Source: Candidatus Micrarchaeota archaeon (lineage in GTDB: Archaea; Micrarchaeota; Micrarchaeia; Micrarchaeales; CABMGC01). Taken from it: a stretch of DNA of 45,598 nucleotides. The position numbers and the translations under genes are program-made. The stretch covers positions 1 to 45,598 of the forward strand of contig DAHVUT010000006.1 of assembly GCA_027328425.1 (NCBI GenBank), given 5' to 3'. The notes beneath the pieces were generated by a model, which did no database searches, was not told the DNA's origin, and saw only the letters and a program-made list of their open reading frames with translations. Shown in pieces: positions 1 through 9,260 of the stretch (positions within the stretch are counted from its first letter, which is position 1; each line of letters opens with the position of its first letter).

Positions 1-342
1 ATCGTGCCCGGCGACATAGTGATGTCGTACGACACGCAGACCGGCGCATTCGTGCCGAACATAGTGGCAAAGGTGCTAACGTACAACGTCAGCAAGGAAT
101 ACATAATAAACGGCGTCATTGTTACCGACGCCAACGAGTACTTCTACACGCAGGGCGGCTGGGTAATGGCCTCCGGCCTGCACGTCGGCGACTCCATATT
201 CAACCCTGTGAGCGGCGCGTATGTCGGGGTCGCATCAATAGTGACTGTCTCCTCGCAGTCAGTGGTCTATGACATAGTGGGCAATGACGGCAACAACGTC
301 GTCGTAGATTATGGTTATCTTGCTGATGCCATATCTGGTTAA
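1..342 (+). CDS. C-terminal Hint-like domain of a larger protein (5' truncated by window)
   Basis: Frame open from base 1. Hint-type motifs PGDIVMSYD, GWVMASGLHVGD and VYDI; catalytic TxxH and terminal HN are degenerate. Confidence 0.7.
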   Translation: MVPGDIVMSYDTQTGAFVPNIVAKVLTYNVSKEYIINGVIVTDANEYFYTQGGWVMASGLHVGDSIFNPVSGAYVGVASIVTVSSQSVVYDIVGNDGNNVVVDYGYLADAISG

Positions 343-350
343 GTGATGCT

Positions 351-1049
351 GTGGTTTTGAGAAATGTGGTTTTGGCTGCAATTGTAGTTGTAATAGTGAT
401 AGCGGCTGCATACTATATGCTAATGTCTGTGCGGCTTCCTTCAACGAGCAGTTCCAGCAGTACGTACGCCACAACCACCGTCAACGCCACAGCAATGGCA
501 ATAGACGCAGTCAATGCCTCCCTCCTTACGCCGGTGCAGGCCCCCTACGCCGTCAGTTACTCGAAGACGTTCAGCACGCATGCCTACTATGCGCCGTGCA
601 ATGCAATTGATGTATTCGTTGTGTATCAGAATCCACCCACGTTCTTCGCGGCCAACTATTCGCTGCTGAACGAGACTGTGCCCTTCGCCGTCTATGACCA
701 GGTGTACGTATTCAACCGGACTGTCTACTCTACCGTGATGCCAGGCTGCCCATTCATAAACTCCACCACAAGCAACGACTTCATCTCCTACGCAAGCAAT
801 TACACAGAAATTCCGCTCTCCGGCATAGGCACGAACGCTCTGCTCCAGGAGTTCAACAACCTGACGCAGTACGGCCTCAACAATACCGATTCACTGTACA
901 TAGGCCCGATGCCGCATCTGAGCGCCTACGTGCTGACCGTAGCATACAAGAACTATATCATCGATCTGAACACCTGGGGCTTCTACAAGCACATGAATGC
1001 CTCTATGCTCGTCGACTACGCCAATTACGCCATCTCAAAGCTGAAGTGA
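351..1049 (+). CDS. Membrane-anchored surface glycoprotein, unknown function
   Basis: N-terminal TM helix, S/T-rich linker, about 10 N-x-S/T sequons. Confidence 0.75.
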   Translation: MVLRNVVLAAIVVVIVIAAAYYMLMSVRLPSTSSSSSTYATTTVNATAMAIDAVNASLLTPVQAPYAVSYSKTFSTHAYYAPCNAIDVFVVYQNPPTFFAANYSLLNETVPFAVYDQVYVFNRTVYSTVMPGCPFINSTTSNDFISYASNYTEIPLSGIGTNALLQEFNNLTQYGLNNTDSLYIGPMPHLSAYVLTVAYKNYIIDLNTWGFYKHMNASMLVDYANYAISKLK

Positions 1050-1053
1050 TCGG

Positions 1054-1644
1054 TTGGGCTCGAAGCTCGTTCCTGTATACGTGGCACTGTCGCTCTTGCT
1101 TGCCGTCTCGCTCTTGTTCTACGTCTTTCCGCACGCGCCCCATTATGCCAACCAGCTGCTCAACGCTTCGCTTGTGAGCGGCTTGCTCGGAGCCAACTAC
1201 TCAATTTCCAGCTCCAACTGCACCGTTTCCAGCTACCTGAAGTCGTCAGGGGTGCAGAGCATATGCACCCAGGCATTCAATCTAACCTCAAATGTGCGGG
1301 GCAAGCCGAGCACGCTCCTCGTTTTCGTGTACCGCATGAACAGCAGTGCAAGCGCGCAGAGCTATGTGCAGCGCCTGACATCTGACCTTAACACTACCCC
1401 GTGGGCACCCGGTGCCACTTCCGAATTCAGCCTCCTGCAGCGCAATGGCACGAACGTGTACTTCACTACCATGAAGATATACTCGCACGTCACCTACCTC
1501 ACCACCACGGCCTACCTGCTGCTCAACGGCACCATAATAGGCGCTACAGCGGAGGCGGTAGCCAATGAAACAGCATACACCTCCATGCAGGACAATACTG
1601 TAAGGCTCCTCTATCTCCTTTACAACAACACAGCAGCAAGCTAA
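1054..1644 (+). CDS. Membrane-anchored surface glycoprotein, unknown function
   Basis: N-terminal TM helix, about 10 sequons, starts 4 nt after the previous gene. Confidence 0.72.
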   Translation: MGSKLVPVYVALSLLLAVSLLFYVFPHAPHYANQLLNASLVSGLLGANYSISSSNCTVSSYLKSSGVQSICTQAFNLTSNVRGKPSTLLVFVYRMNSSASAQSYVQRLTSDLNTTPWAPGATSEFSLLQRNGTNVYFTTMKIYSHVTYLTTTAYLLLNGTIIGATAEAVANETAYTSMQDNTVRLLYLLYNNTAAS

Positions 1645-2696
1645 TACAGGACGGAGATGCGCCTTCGGGATAGGCCTCTGGCCCTCTCCCCCTCTATCGG
1701 TATCTCCCGGCCGCAGCCCATGCATCTGTTCCTCGCGTCGATGTTCCATTCGGTTATGCCGAAGCCGAGCCTGCCTATCACCTTCCTGTGGCAGCCAGGA
1801 CAGTATGTGCTCTCGTGCCTGTTCCCGGGTGCGTTGCCTATGTAGACATAGTTGAGCCCGTTGCGCCTCGCTGTGTCATAATGGGTCTTCAGTGTTGAGT
1901 AGGGCGTTTCCTGGAAATCGAGCATCCTGTAATCCGGATGGAAGCGCGTGAACTGTGTGGGCGTGTCCCGGCCCAGGTCATTCGCTATCCACTTGGTGAG
2001 CGAATCGCACGCCTTCAGCGAGTCTCCCACCTGCGGGATTATCAGGTCCGTTATCTCTATATGGATCTTCGCTTTCTTCATCCAGAGCAGCGCCTCCTTT
2101 ATCGGCTCTTCGGACTGCACCGTTTCGTATTTGTTGGCGAACTTCTGCTCTCCGCTGCCCTTGAAGTCAACCACCACTGCGTCCACCAAGCCTTTCATCT
2201 CGCGCACCGAATCCTCAGTCATATAGCCGTTGCTGACCCATACGTTCTTCAGCCCCTTCCTGCGCGCCAGTCTGGCGGTGTCCAGCGCGTACTCTATGAA
2301 TATCGTAGGCTCATTGTACGTATACGCTATTCCCTGCACTCCCTGCTCCAGCGCCAGCTCAACAGCCCATTCGGGTTCGAGCTCCATGCCCCTTATGTCG
2401 CGCTTCTTGCTTATGCTGTGGTTCTGGCAGAAGAGGCAGCCGAAGTTGCATGAGCTTGTGCCTATGCCGAGCACGTACGCGCCAGGCATGAAGTGGTTGA
2501 AAGGCTTCTTCTCTATCGGGTCTACCTGCACCGCCTCGGCTAAACCGTAGTTGGTGAGGTAGAGCCTGCCGCCCCTGTTCCGCCTGACGAAGCAGAAACC
2601 GTGCGCGCCTTCAGGTATCTTGCAGAGCCGAGCGCAGGCTGTGCATTCCACCTTCCTGCCCTCAAGCTTCCTATACAGGGTTGCTTCCTTTTCCAC
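1641..2696 (-). CDS. amrS: AmmeMemoRadiSam system radical SAM enzyme
   Basis: N-terminal CxxCxxxC..C cluster, DPIEKKP, radical SAM CNFGCLFCQN, YTYNEP, RFHPDY, TYCPGC. Confidence 0.92.
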   Translation of the reverse strand: MEKEATLYRKLEGRKVECTACARLCKIPEGAHGFCFVRRNRGGRLYLTNYGLAEAVQVDPIEKKPFNHFMPGAYVLGIGTSSCNFGCLFCQNHSISKKRDIRGMELEPEWAVELALEQGVQGIAYTYNEPTIFIEYALDTARLARRKGLKNVWVSNGYMTEDSVREMKGLVDAVVVDFKGSGEQKFANKYETVQSEEPIKEALLWMKKAKIHIEITDLIIPQVGDSLKACDSLTKWIANDLGRDTPTQFTRFHPDYRMLDFQETPYSTLKTHYDTARRNGLNYVYIGNAPGNRHESTYCPGCHRKVIGRLGFGITEWNIDARNRCMGCGREIPIEGERARGLSRRRISVLY

Positions 2697-2722
2697 GCTA
2701 TTACAATTGGCGCCCGATGTAT

Positions 2723-3394
2723 TTATTGCTTGCCCACCAGCTCCGCGTCATCTATTACATATGTGCCTGAGTCTCCGCGTATCTCGCTGTGCGCCGCCTT
2801 AACAACGATCCTTTTCTTGAAGAGAGGCGCGTCGAGCACGAAACTCTCTGCTTCGCCCCCCTCAAAGAGCATGTTTATGCCATGCTTCCTTCTCGCCTCT
2901 CTCAGCGTACCGATGACTCTTTCGTCTATGCGCCTGCCCAGGAGCTCGGTACCCAGCCCCTCAGCAGACACGGATGTTATTATAGCGTCGAAATCTTTTG
3001 ACAGTTCCTGCAGCTCATCCTCAGGTTCGGTGTGCCATAGCGGCACCACGTGCTCTATGCCAAGCTTCTTCGCTATGGCGTTTATCCTGTCAGCCTGGTA
3101 CCTACTGTACGTGGCCCCAGTCACAAGTGCCTTGACTTTGTTTTCTTCTAGCGCTCTTTCGAGGTCCTGCAGTTCCTTCTCCTTCTCGCCCGCCGTTTCG
3201 ACGAATACCTGCCTTATCCCGAGCGCCTCTGCCTGCAGGCCGGTGGTGATTGTGTTGGGGTAATGGAACATGTAGCTCTCCCTGTTCGCGCTAATCACTG
3301 TTATCAGCAGGTCTACGCTTAGGCCCAGCCCTATCGCCTTGTGCAGTGCAAGCGTCGAGTCCTTCCCGCCGCTGAAGAGGCACGCATTTGTCAT
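2723..3394 (-). CDS. dph6: Diphthine--ammonia ligase (PP-loop ATPase)
   Basis: LFSGGKDS, SYMFH, EGGEAES..LDAPLF. Start placed at the Met downstream of the atpI stop. Confidence 0.88.
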   Translation of the reverse strand: MTNACLFSGGKDSTLALHKAIGLGLSVDLLITVISANRESYMFHYPNTITTGLQAEALGIRQVFVETAGEKEKELQDLERALEENKVKALVTGATYSRYQADRINAIAKKLGIEHVVPLWHTEPEDELQELSKDFDAIITSVSAEGLGTELLGRRIDERVIGTLREARRKHGINMLFEGGEAESFVLDAPLFKKRIVVKAAHSEIRGDSGTYVIDDAELVGKQ

Positions 3395-3398
3395 GCGT

Positions 3399-5336
3399 TC
3401 ACGCTCCATGCCTCTCTATGTCAAACTTGCTCAATGTCCGCACGCGTCTGCTTGCGAACGGCCTGAATTCCCTGCCGTTGCCATCGAAGAACTTGGAGAA
3501 GAACTCGACGTAGATCAGCCTGGCGCCTTGTATGCCCGGCTCAAAAATGGCTATGAGCATGTTGAACGCCTGGCCCACCAGCAGTATCACTACGCCAACC
3601 ACGCCGAGCAGCGCCGAGTGCTGTATGCCTTTGAGGAATATCAGGTCTATAACTTCAGCCAGTATGACTGACGCGAGCAGTATGCCAACGAGTCTCGTGT
3701 ACGAGAGTATGTGGCTTATCAGCGACGGCAGCTCCATCAGCGCCTCGAAACCCTCCCCATAAAGCACGGTCGCTATGCCCCCTATCAGCAGCGCGTATGC
3801 GAGTATTGCGAGCGGGTTGGAGAGGCCTATCGGCTGCGCGTGCAGTACGGCCAGACCGAGCATCACTATGGCCCACGCAGCCGCGAGCCAGCCCAGCTTC
3901 GCAGCCGCCTTCTTCATTTCGCCGGTGGCGAATCTGTTCAGAAAACCTAACACGAAACCGAATGAGACCATGAATACGCCTATCCAGCCGGATATGACAA
4001 GGAGCGTCGCTACGTTCGCGCTGACAGAGAACGGCGTGGCGTATGGAAGTTGGAAACCGAAATACTCGTTGAAAAAAACGCCCAGCACTATCGCTATTAT
4101 GGAGCCTGGTATTATGGACCTCATTACTGTAGCGAGGCCGTTGTTGCTTATTATTGTGTGAACGAAGTCAGAGAGCGCCTTTGGGATCCTGCTTTTCTTT
4201 GGAGGGTTGGCGATCCTTCTGTTCAGCCAGAGGGCCATTACGAGGAACGCGGCACCGTAACCCACGTCGCCTATCATGAAACCGAAGAATATGGGAAACA
4301 CTATTGCAAATATCAGCGTAGGGTCTATCTCATTGCTTCTGGGCAGCGAGTAGAACCTTATGAAGAACTCATAGAGCTTTGCTGTCATCGGGTTCTCGAG
4401 TTTCGTCGGTGGCAGAGCGTCTGTCTTGACTTTCTCTATTATGAAGGAGTTGTGGGTTATGTGCTCCATCTCGTAGTTGAGCGCATTGATGCTCGCCTCC
4501 GGCACCCACCCGTCTATGGCAACGATTGACTTGCCTATGCCCAGTTTGGCCGTTATCTCCTGTTTCTCCACCTCAAGATCCAACTGCTCCCTTATCGCGC
4601 TTACCTCAGGGTAGTACTCATTTGATATGCGTGTCAGCTCCTCTTCGAACCCTCGCTGTCGCCTGCGGTTGTCAGCGATCGCCTTTTCGAGCACAGGTAT
4701 CTCTGCTTCCACGGTTCCGGAGAGTTTTGGCACTGTTTCAACGTGTAGTTTGGTGCCCTCCACGAGACTGCTGAACTTCGCCTGCTCTGCTTTGTCTATG
4801 CACACGAGTACCGACGTACTCCCCGCGAGCACAATCGCGTCTCCCAGTTCATTCGCCGCTTTTGCAGCGAACTCATTAATCAGCTGCCCAGTCACTAGGA
4901 ACGATGCTATCCTACTTGTGGTCAGCACCGAAAGATCCTGTGTAAAAGCGGCCGGCATGTGCTTCAGCGCTGCAATGCTTTCCAGGACAAGATTCGTATC
5001 CGCAGATATCTCTTCGATGTGCTTCCTTGTGTGTGCCACTTCCGCATCTATCCTTATGCTGTCTGCTTTTTTGAGCAGTTCGTCGATGCTTTCAAAGTTG
5101 TATTTCCTGTCGGAATCGCTCCTGCGCAGCTGGCTCTCAAGGCCCCTGAAACGCTGTGCGTAGTCGCCTATCTGCCCGCGTGCGTAACTCTCTCCCCTGT
5201 TGAGCAGCTCCGCAGCCTCGGCCGGCACGTATTCGATCTGCATCACGCCTATGTCGTGCAGCGCCGTGAGTGCACGTTCGGAGTACTTCTTGGAGAACAC
5301 GAGCCTTATCCTTTGCATCTTTGCGGGCCTCAGCAT
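3399..5336 (-). CDS. atpI: A/V-type ATP synthase subunit I (a)
   Basis: Soluble N-half, EIDPT, FGFMIGDVGYG, SYTRL, RLIYVEFFSKF. Confidence 0.95.
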   Translation of the reverse strand: MLRPAKMQRIRLVFSKKYSERALTALHDIGVMQIEYVPAEAAELLNRGESYARGQIGDYAQRFRGLESQLRRSDSDRKYNFESIDELLKKADSIRIDAEVAHTRKHIEEISADTNLVLESIAALKHMPAAFTQDLSVLTTSRIASFLVTGQLINEFAAKAANELGDAIVLAGSTSVLVCIDKAEQAKFSSLVEGTKLHVETVPKLSGTVEAEIPVLEKAIADNRRRQRGFEEELTRISNEYYPEVSAIREQLDLEVEKQEITAKLGIGKSIVAIDGWVPEASINALNYEMEHITHNSFIIEKVKTDALPPTKLENPMTAKLYEFFIRFYSLPRSNEIDPTLIFAIVFPIFFGFMIGDVGYGAAFLVMALWLNRRIANPPKKSRIPKALSDFVHTIISNNGLATVMRSIIPGSIIAIVLGVFFNEYFGFQLPYATPFSVSANVATLLVISGWIGVFMVSFGFVLGFLNRFATGEMKKAAAKLGWLAAAWAIVMLGLAVLHAQPIGLSNPLAILAYALLIGGIATVLYGEGFEALMELPSLISHILSYTRLVGILLASVILAEVIDLIFLKGIQHSALLGVVGVVILLVGQAFNMLIAIFEPGIQGARLIYVEFFSKFFDGNGREFRPFASRRVRTLSKFDIERHGA

Positions 5337-5654
5337 TCACGCACCATACTCCTTTTCCAGCATATCAACGAATGTATCAAGGGCGTCCTCCGCACTGACG
5401 CGCTTCAGTGCCGATATCCTGCTTTTCCATCTCTTCGCTATCTCCGCAGCCTTCGCGTCAGCCTCCTCCTCCGTTTCGGTTATCTTCCTGCCGTATGCGG
5501 TTTCCGCGTCCTTTGCAGCTGCGTTCTCCTGCCTCTCTGCCTCCTTCTTCGCGCTCTGGACCATTTTCGAGGCTTCCTCTTTCGCCTTTGCCACTTCCTT
5601 CTCGGCCCTGCCTTCTTCCTCCTTTATCTTTTCAAGCGTCTCCATGTCGGTCAT
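5337..5654 (-). CDS. atpH: A/V-type ATP synthase subunit H (G)
   Basis: E/K/A-rich coiled coil starting ETLEKIKEEE, directly upstream of atpI. Confidence 0.8.
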   Translation of the reverse strand: MTDMETLEKIKEEEGRAEKEVAKAKEEASKMVQSAKKEAERQENAAAKDAETAYGRKITETEEEADAKAAEIAKRWKSRISALKRVSAEDALDTFVDMLEKEYGA

Positions 5655-5670
5655 TTGTATGCACCATACA

Positions 5671-5820
5671 TTACAAAACCACACTTATCGCAAAAGCGAT
5701 GAGCGCCAAAGAAGCTGCAACATTGAAGGCAAGCAGCAGTACCCTTATCCTGTTGAACCTTGCCGCAGCTCTGTTTGTGGCTGCGGGTGCTGCGCGCCCT
5801 GCCGCAGCCTGCGCATGCAT
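5671..5820 (-). CDS. Small single-TM protein (49 aa) within ATP synthase operon
   Basis: ATG immediately after the IS right end; Ala-rich N-part, basic patch, then a C-terminal TM helix. Confidence 0.55.
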   Translation of the reverse strand: MHAQAAAGRAAPAATNRAAARFNRIRVLLLAFNVAASLALIAFAISVVL

Positions 5821-6030
5821 TTGACGTCCTCTCCTATCTGAAGGATAGGAGATTCCTTTTGGATTTCTGAGGTTCGTTTTCTTCATGAGATCACCACAGT
5901 AATTGCGCTGGGCATCATTGCCTCATTGCGCCATTCGTGCTCATTCCATTGAAGTACCGCAGGCTGCGCCAATGCAGCCACTACTCCTATCCCACTGCCC
6001 TTTGACAGCGGAATTCGGAGATACTTTTTC
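5821..6030 (-). ncRNA. Putative omegaRNA scaffold of tnpB element 1 (5' limit approximate)
   Basis: Expected position at the tnpB 3' end plus right end; guide would be the flank ATGCATGCGCAGG. Confidence 0.55.
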
Positions 6031-7127
6031 ATTATGTTCAACGCACCACCTGAATCTGCATTGAATACGACGTTGTGCAGTTTACATCTGTACAAGCCCC
6101 TGTGGATTCTTCCATGCTCTTCATTGCCGCAAAGCGCACAGGTCTTTGAGGTGTCCTTCTCGCTTACTTTCCTGAACATTATGCCGTTTAGTTTTGATTT
6201 ATACTCCAACTGCAAGGTTATCTGTCCGAATATCCATTGGTGGTTTGCCTGATTCGTCTTTTTCCTGAAATGCATCGATTCCCTTATGCCGTTCAGATTG
6301 CCTATCACTATGCCCTTTCCCTCATTCTTTGCAGTATTGACAATCTTTGATGTCATTGCATGGATTTGCTGTTTTATCCTTCTTTTTGCCTGTCTTGCAA
6401 GCCTTCTTTTTTCCTTGCTGGTTTTCTTCTTCTGCATCGAGAGAACTCCTTGCACTTCCGCAACCTTTTTGTCTTTGTACTGGTTTTCTGCAAGCGCAAG
6501 CCCTCCTTTGTATAGAGTCGTATTTTTGCCATCATATATTGCAGCAAGGTTCTTCACCCCAATGTCTATATAGAGATTCTCTTTCGGTATTGAAGGTTCT
6601 GCATTTGGAACATCGAATACCAATGAAACCTTCCATGTTCCTTCTGATTTGAAGATTTCAATATATGCAAGCCTTCCCTCATACCTCAATTTTGGAATCC
6701 TGAAGTTGATATATGATATTCCTGTCTGTTTTCTGTATGCGATTGACATCGGAAGCGTTATTTTGTTCTTTTTCAGTTTGATCTGCTGCGATTTGTACGG
6801 CAATACCCATTCGGTATCTTTCTTATGATAGTGCGGGAATTCCGCAGCAGTGCCTTTCTTGTGGAGTGCAAGAAACGACTTTATGCTTCCTTCTACCTTC
6901 TGAAGCACCGCCTGCGCGGATTGCGACGCAAGAAGCCCATAAAGTTCATTGGTTTTTAGGTTCTTGCACATGTCTTCATAGAAAGAAAACTTCTTTTCTG
7001 CTCTGTACCTTTGATTATTCTCGTACAATGCTGAGTTATACAACCCGTTGGCGATCTTTGAGAGGTTTACTAACGCTTCTTCTGTCTGTTTATTCGGATT
7101 TATTGTTATAACCTGCGTTAGTTTCAT
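5883..7127 (-). CDS. tnpB: TnpB RNA-guided endonuclease with rearranged RuvC-II
   Basis: YIDIG (RuvC-I D), IVIGNL (E to G), VSEKDTSKTC, Zn finger CALC..CKLH, NADSGGALNI (RuvC-III D). Confidence 0.9.
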   Translation of the reverse strand: MKLTQVITINPNKQTEEALVNLSKIANGLYNSALYENNQRYRAEKKFSFYEDMCKNLKTNELYGLLASQSAQAVLQKVEGSIKSFLALHKKGTAAEFPHYHKKDTEWVLPYKSQQIKLKKNKITLPMSIAYRKQTGISYINFRIPKLRYEGRLAYIEIFKSEGTWKVSLVFDVPNAEPSIPKENLYIDIGVKNLAAIYDGKNTTLYKGGLALAENQYKDKKVAEVQGVLSMQKKKTSKEKRRLARQAKRRIKQQIHAMTSKIVNTAKNEGKGIVIGNLNGIRESMHFRKKTNQANHQWIFGQITLQLEYKSKLNGIMFRKVSEKDTSKTCALCGNEEHGRIHRGLYRCKLHNVVFNADSGGALNIMKKYLRIPLSKGSGIGVVAALAQPAVLQWNEHEWRNEAMMPSAITVVIS

Positions 7128-7256
7128 TTATTTCACTTCAATGCCTTATACATAAATACAATTTATACTCCTTTGTATTTCGCATTTATCCCCTATCTCA
7201 AGGATAGGGGCTTTCTGCTATGCATTTTGTAATTTCTGCCTATGAACTCTCTTCCG

Positions 7257-7877
7257 CTATCCACCGATCTTACCCTTTATGAACTTTATCGAGACTATCT
7301 GGTCCCTCTCCATGTCCTCGAGCCTCAGCTTTATGTAGGCTGCCTTGCCCAGCATGTCAGGTATGGCGACATTCTCTATAGCGTTCGTCCTCCTGTTTAT
7401 CTTCTCTATCTCGTATAGCAGCTTCCTGAGCGAGTTCTCTTTCTCCGCCACCTCAACCAGCATATTGAAGAGCGTAAGGTAGCTCCTCTTCGCGTCCTCT
7501 ACGGAAGTGGGCACCGATATGAGCTCATAGGCTGCCGAGAGTGTGGCCCTGTTTCCGAGCTCCACGTTTGGTATCTTGACGCCCATTACGTTTCTCGCCT
7601 CGACGCTCGCGCCGATGTGGCTCTGCTCGGCCGCTATCCGCTCCAGTATTATGCGCCCCGCGTGCAGTTCAGCGAGCCTTGCGCTCTCCATGGCGCTGCT
7701 GACCGCATTCCTCATGCTCTCCCGCATGAGCTTTATCTGCCTCGCGAGTTCAAAGAAGGCAAGCACCAGGCTGGTGCGTTTCATCTTCAGCAGTGTGAGC
7801 CCCTTGTTGGCCACCTTTATCCTCGCCTTCGTGCGTATCAGCTCCATCCTCGTCGTCTTCACGCTGCTACTGGGCAC
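7257..7877 (-). CDS. atpD: A/V-type ATP synthase subunit D
   Basis: [26 protein letters not shown]. Confidence 0.95.
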   Translation of the reverse strand: MPSSSVKTTRMELIRTKARIKVANKGLTLLKMKRTSLVLAFFELARQIKLMRESMRNAVSSAMESARLAELHAGRIILERIAAEQSHIGASVEARNVMGVKIPNVELGNRATLSAAYELISVPTSVEDAKRSYLTLFNMLVEVAEKENSLRKLLYEIEKINRRTNAIENVAIPDMLGKAAYIKLRLEDMERDQIVSIKFIKGKIGG

Positions 7878-9252
7878 CCTTCCACCTCCCGTACTTGCTT
7901 ATCTGCTCCTCCTTGACCCTCTTCATCTCGCGCCTGTCCAGATCCGCGAAAAGCTCCCAGCCCAGGGAGAGCGTCTGCTCTATGTCCCTGTCCTCGTAGA
8001 AACCCTGGTTCACGAAATAGTTCTCAAATTTGTCGGCGAAAGCCAGGAACTTCCTGTCGCCGGCGCTGAGCGCTTCCTCACCCACTATCTCGGTAAGGCT
8101 CCTCAGTTCCTTGCCCCTGGCGTAAGCGGCATAGAGCTGGTCGGCAACTCCCCTGTGGTCATCCCTCGTCCTTCCCTTGCCTATGCCCTGGTTCATCAGC
8201 CTCGAGAGTGAGAGCAGGACGTCGACATTGGGGTACACGCCCTTCCTGTAAAGGTCCCTGCTCAGCACCACCTGGCCCTCGGTTATGTAACCAGTCAGAT
8301 CGGGTATCGGGTGCGTGATGTCATCGCCTGGCATCGTGAGTATCGGCAGCTGCGTTATCGAGCCCTTCCTGTTGTGTATCTTGCCTGCGCGCTCGTAGAT
8401 GCTGGAAAGGTCCGTGTACATGTAGCCGGGGTAGCCCCTCCTTCCGGGCACTTCGTTCCTAGCGGCGCTCACTTCGCGCAGCGCCTCGCAGTAGTTCGTC
8501 ATGTCCGTCAGGATGACAAGCACGTGCATCTGCTCCGTGTACGCCAGGTACTCGGCGGCGGTGAGGGCCAGCCTCGGCAGTATTATCCTTTCCATCGATG
8601 GCTCTGACGCAAGGTTCAGGAACATGACAGACTTGTCCAGCGCGCCAGTCTCCTCGAACTCCTTCTTGAAGAAGTTGGCTTCTTCGCTGTTTATGCCTAT
8701 GCCGCCGAATACGACGGCGAATCCTTCGCTACTGTCGAGCAGCTTCGCCTGCCTCGCTATCTGTGCGGCTATCCTGTTGTGCGGCAGCCCGGAACCCGAG
8801 AATATGGGCAGCTTCTGGCCCCTCACAAGCGAGTTCATGCCGTCTATGCTCGATATGCCTGTCTCTATGAACTCGGATGGCTCTTCCCTGGCGTCAGGAT
8901 TTATGGCGCTGCCCGCTATGTCCATCGATTCCTCGCTGTATATCTTTGGCCCGCTGTCCCTGGGCAGGCCCATGCCGTTGAACACCCTGCCCAGCATGTC
9001 AGTGCTCACGTTCAGCCGGGCAGTGGTGCCAAGAAACTTCACCCTGGTCCTGTTGACGTCGATGCCCCTGGTCTCGGCGAACGACTGCACTATCGCAAGG
9101 CCGTTCCTGCTGTCAAGCACCTGGCCCGTCACGCTGCTTCCATCCTCGAGCCTTATTTCGGCGAGTTCTCCGTATGCAGCATCCTTTATCCCTTCTACGA
9201 ACAGCAGCACATTTGTTACCTGATTCAGCGTCTTGTAGTATACGTCGCTCAT
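7867..9252 (-). CDS. atpB: A/V-type ATP synthase subunit B
   Basis: [44 protein letters not shown]. Confidence 0.97.
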   Translation of the reverse strand: MSDVYYKTLNQVTNVLLFVEGIKDAAYGELAEIRLEDGSSVTGQVLDSRNGLAIVQSFAETRGIDVNRTRVKFLGTTARLNVSTDMLGRVFNGMGLPRDSGPKIYSEESMDIAGSAINPDAREEPSEFIETGISSIDGMNSLVRGQKLPIFSGSGLPHNRIAAQIARQAKLLDSSEGFAVVFGGIGINSEEANFFKKEFEETGALDKSVMFLNLASEPSMERIILPRLALTAAEYLAYTEQMHVLVILTDMTNYCEALREVSAARNEVPGRRGYPGYMYTDLSSIYERAGKIHNRKGSITQLPILTMPGDDITHPIPDLTGYITEGQVVLSRDLYRKGVYPNVDVLLSLSRLMNQGIGKGRTRDDHRGVADQLYAAYARGKELRSLTEIVGEEALSAGDRKFLAFADKFENYFVNQGFYEDRDIEQTLSLGWELFADLDRREMKRVKEEQISKYGRWKGAQ

Positions 9253-9260
9253 ACCCTCAT

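Larger units (their letters stand above)
5821..7228 (-). mobile_element. IS200/IS605-family element (tnpB only), target TTAC, right end TCAA
   Basis: Minus strand: TTAC|AAAATGCATAGCAG-AAAG-CCCCTATCCTTGAGATAGGGG left hairpin; GAAT-CTCCTATCCTTCAGATAGGAG-AGGACG-TCAA right end. The AAAG/TTAC and GAAT/TCAA pairs match IS608. AT-richer than flanks. Confidence 0.88.

Noticed and set aside
5813-7228. AATGCAT near both ends of element 1 as a target-site duplication
   Set aside because: IS200/IS605 elements do not make duplications, and the AAAG/TTAC and GAAT/TCAA pairs define the ends; probably coincidence.
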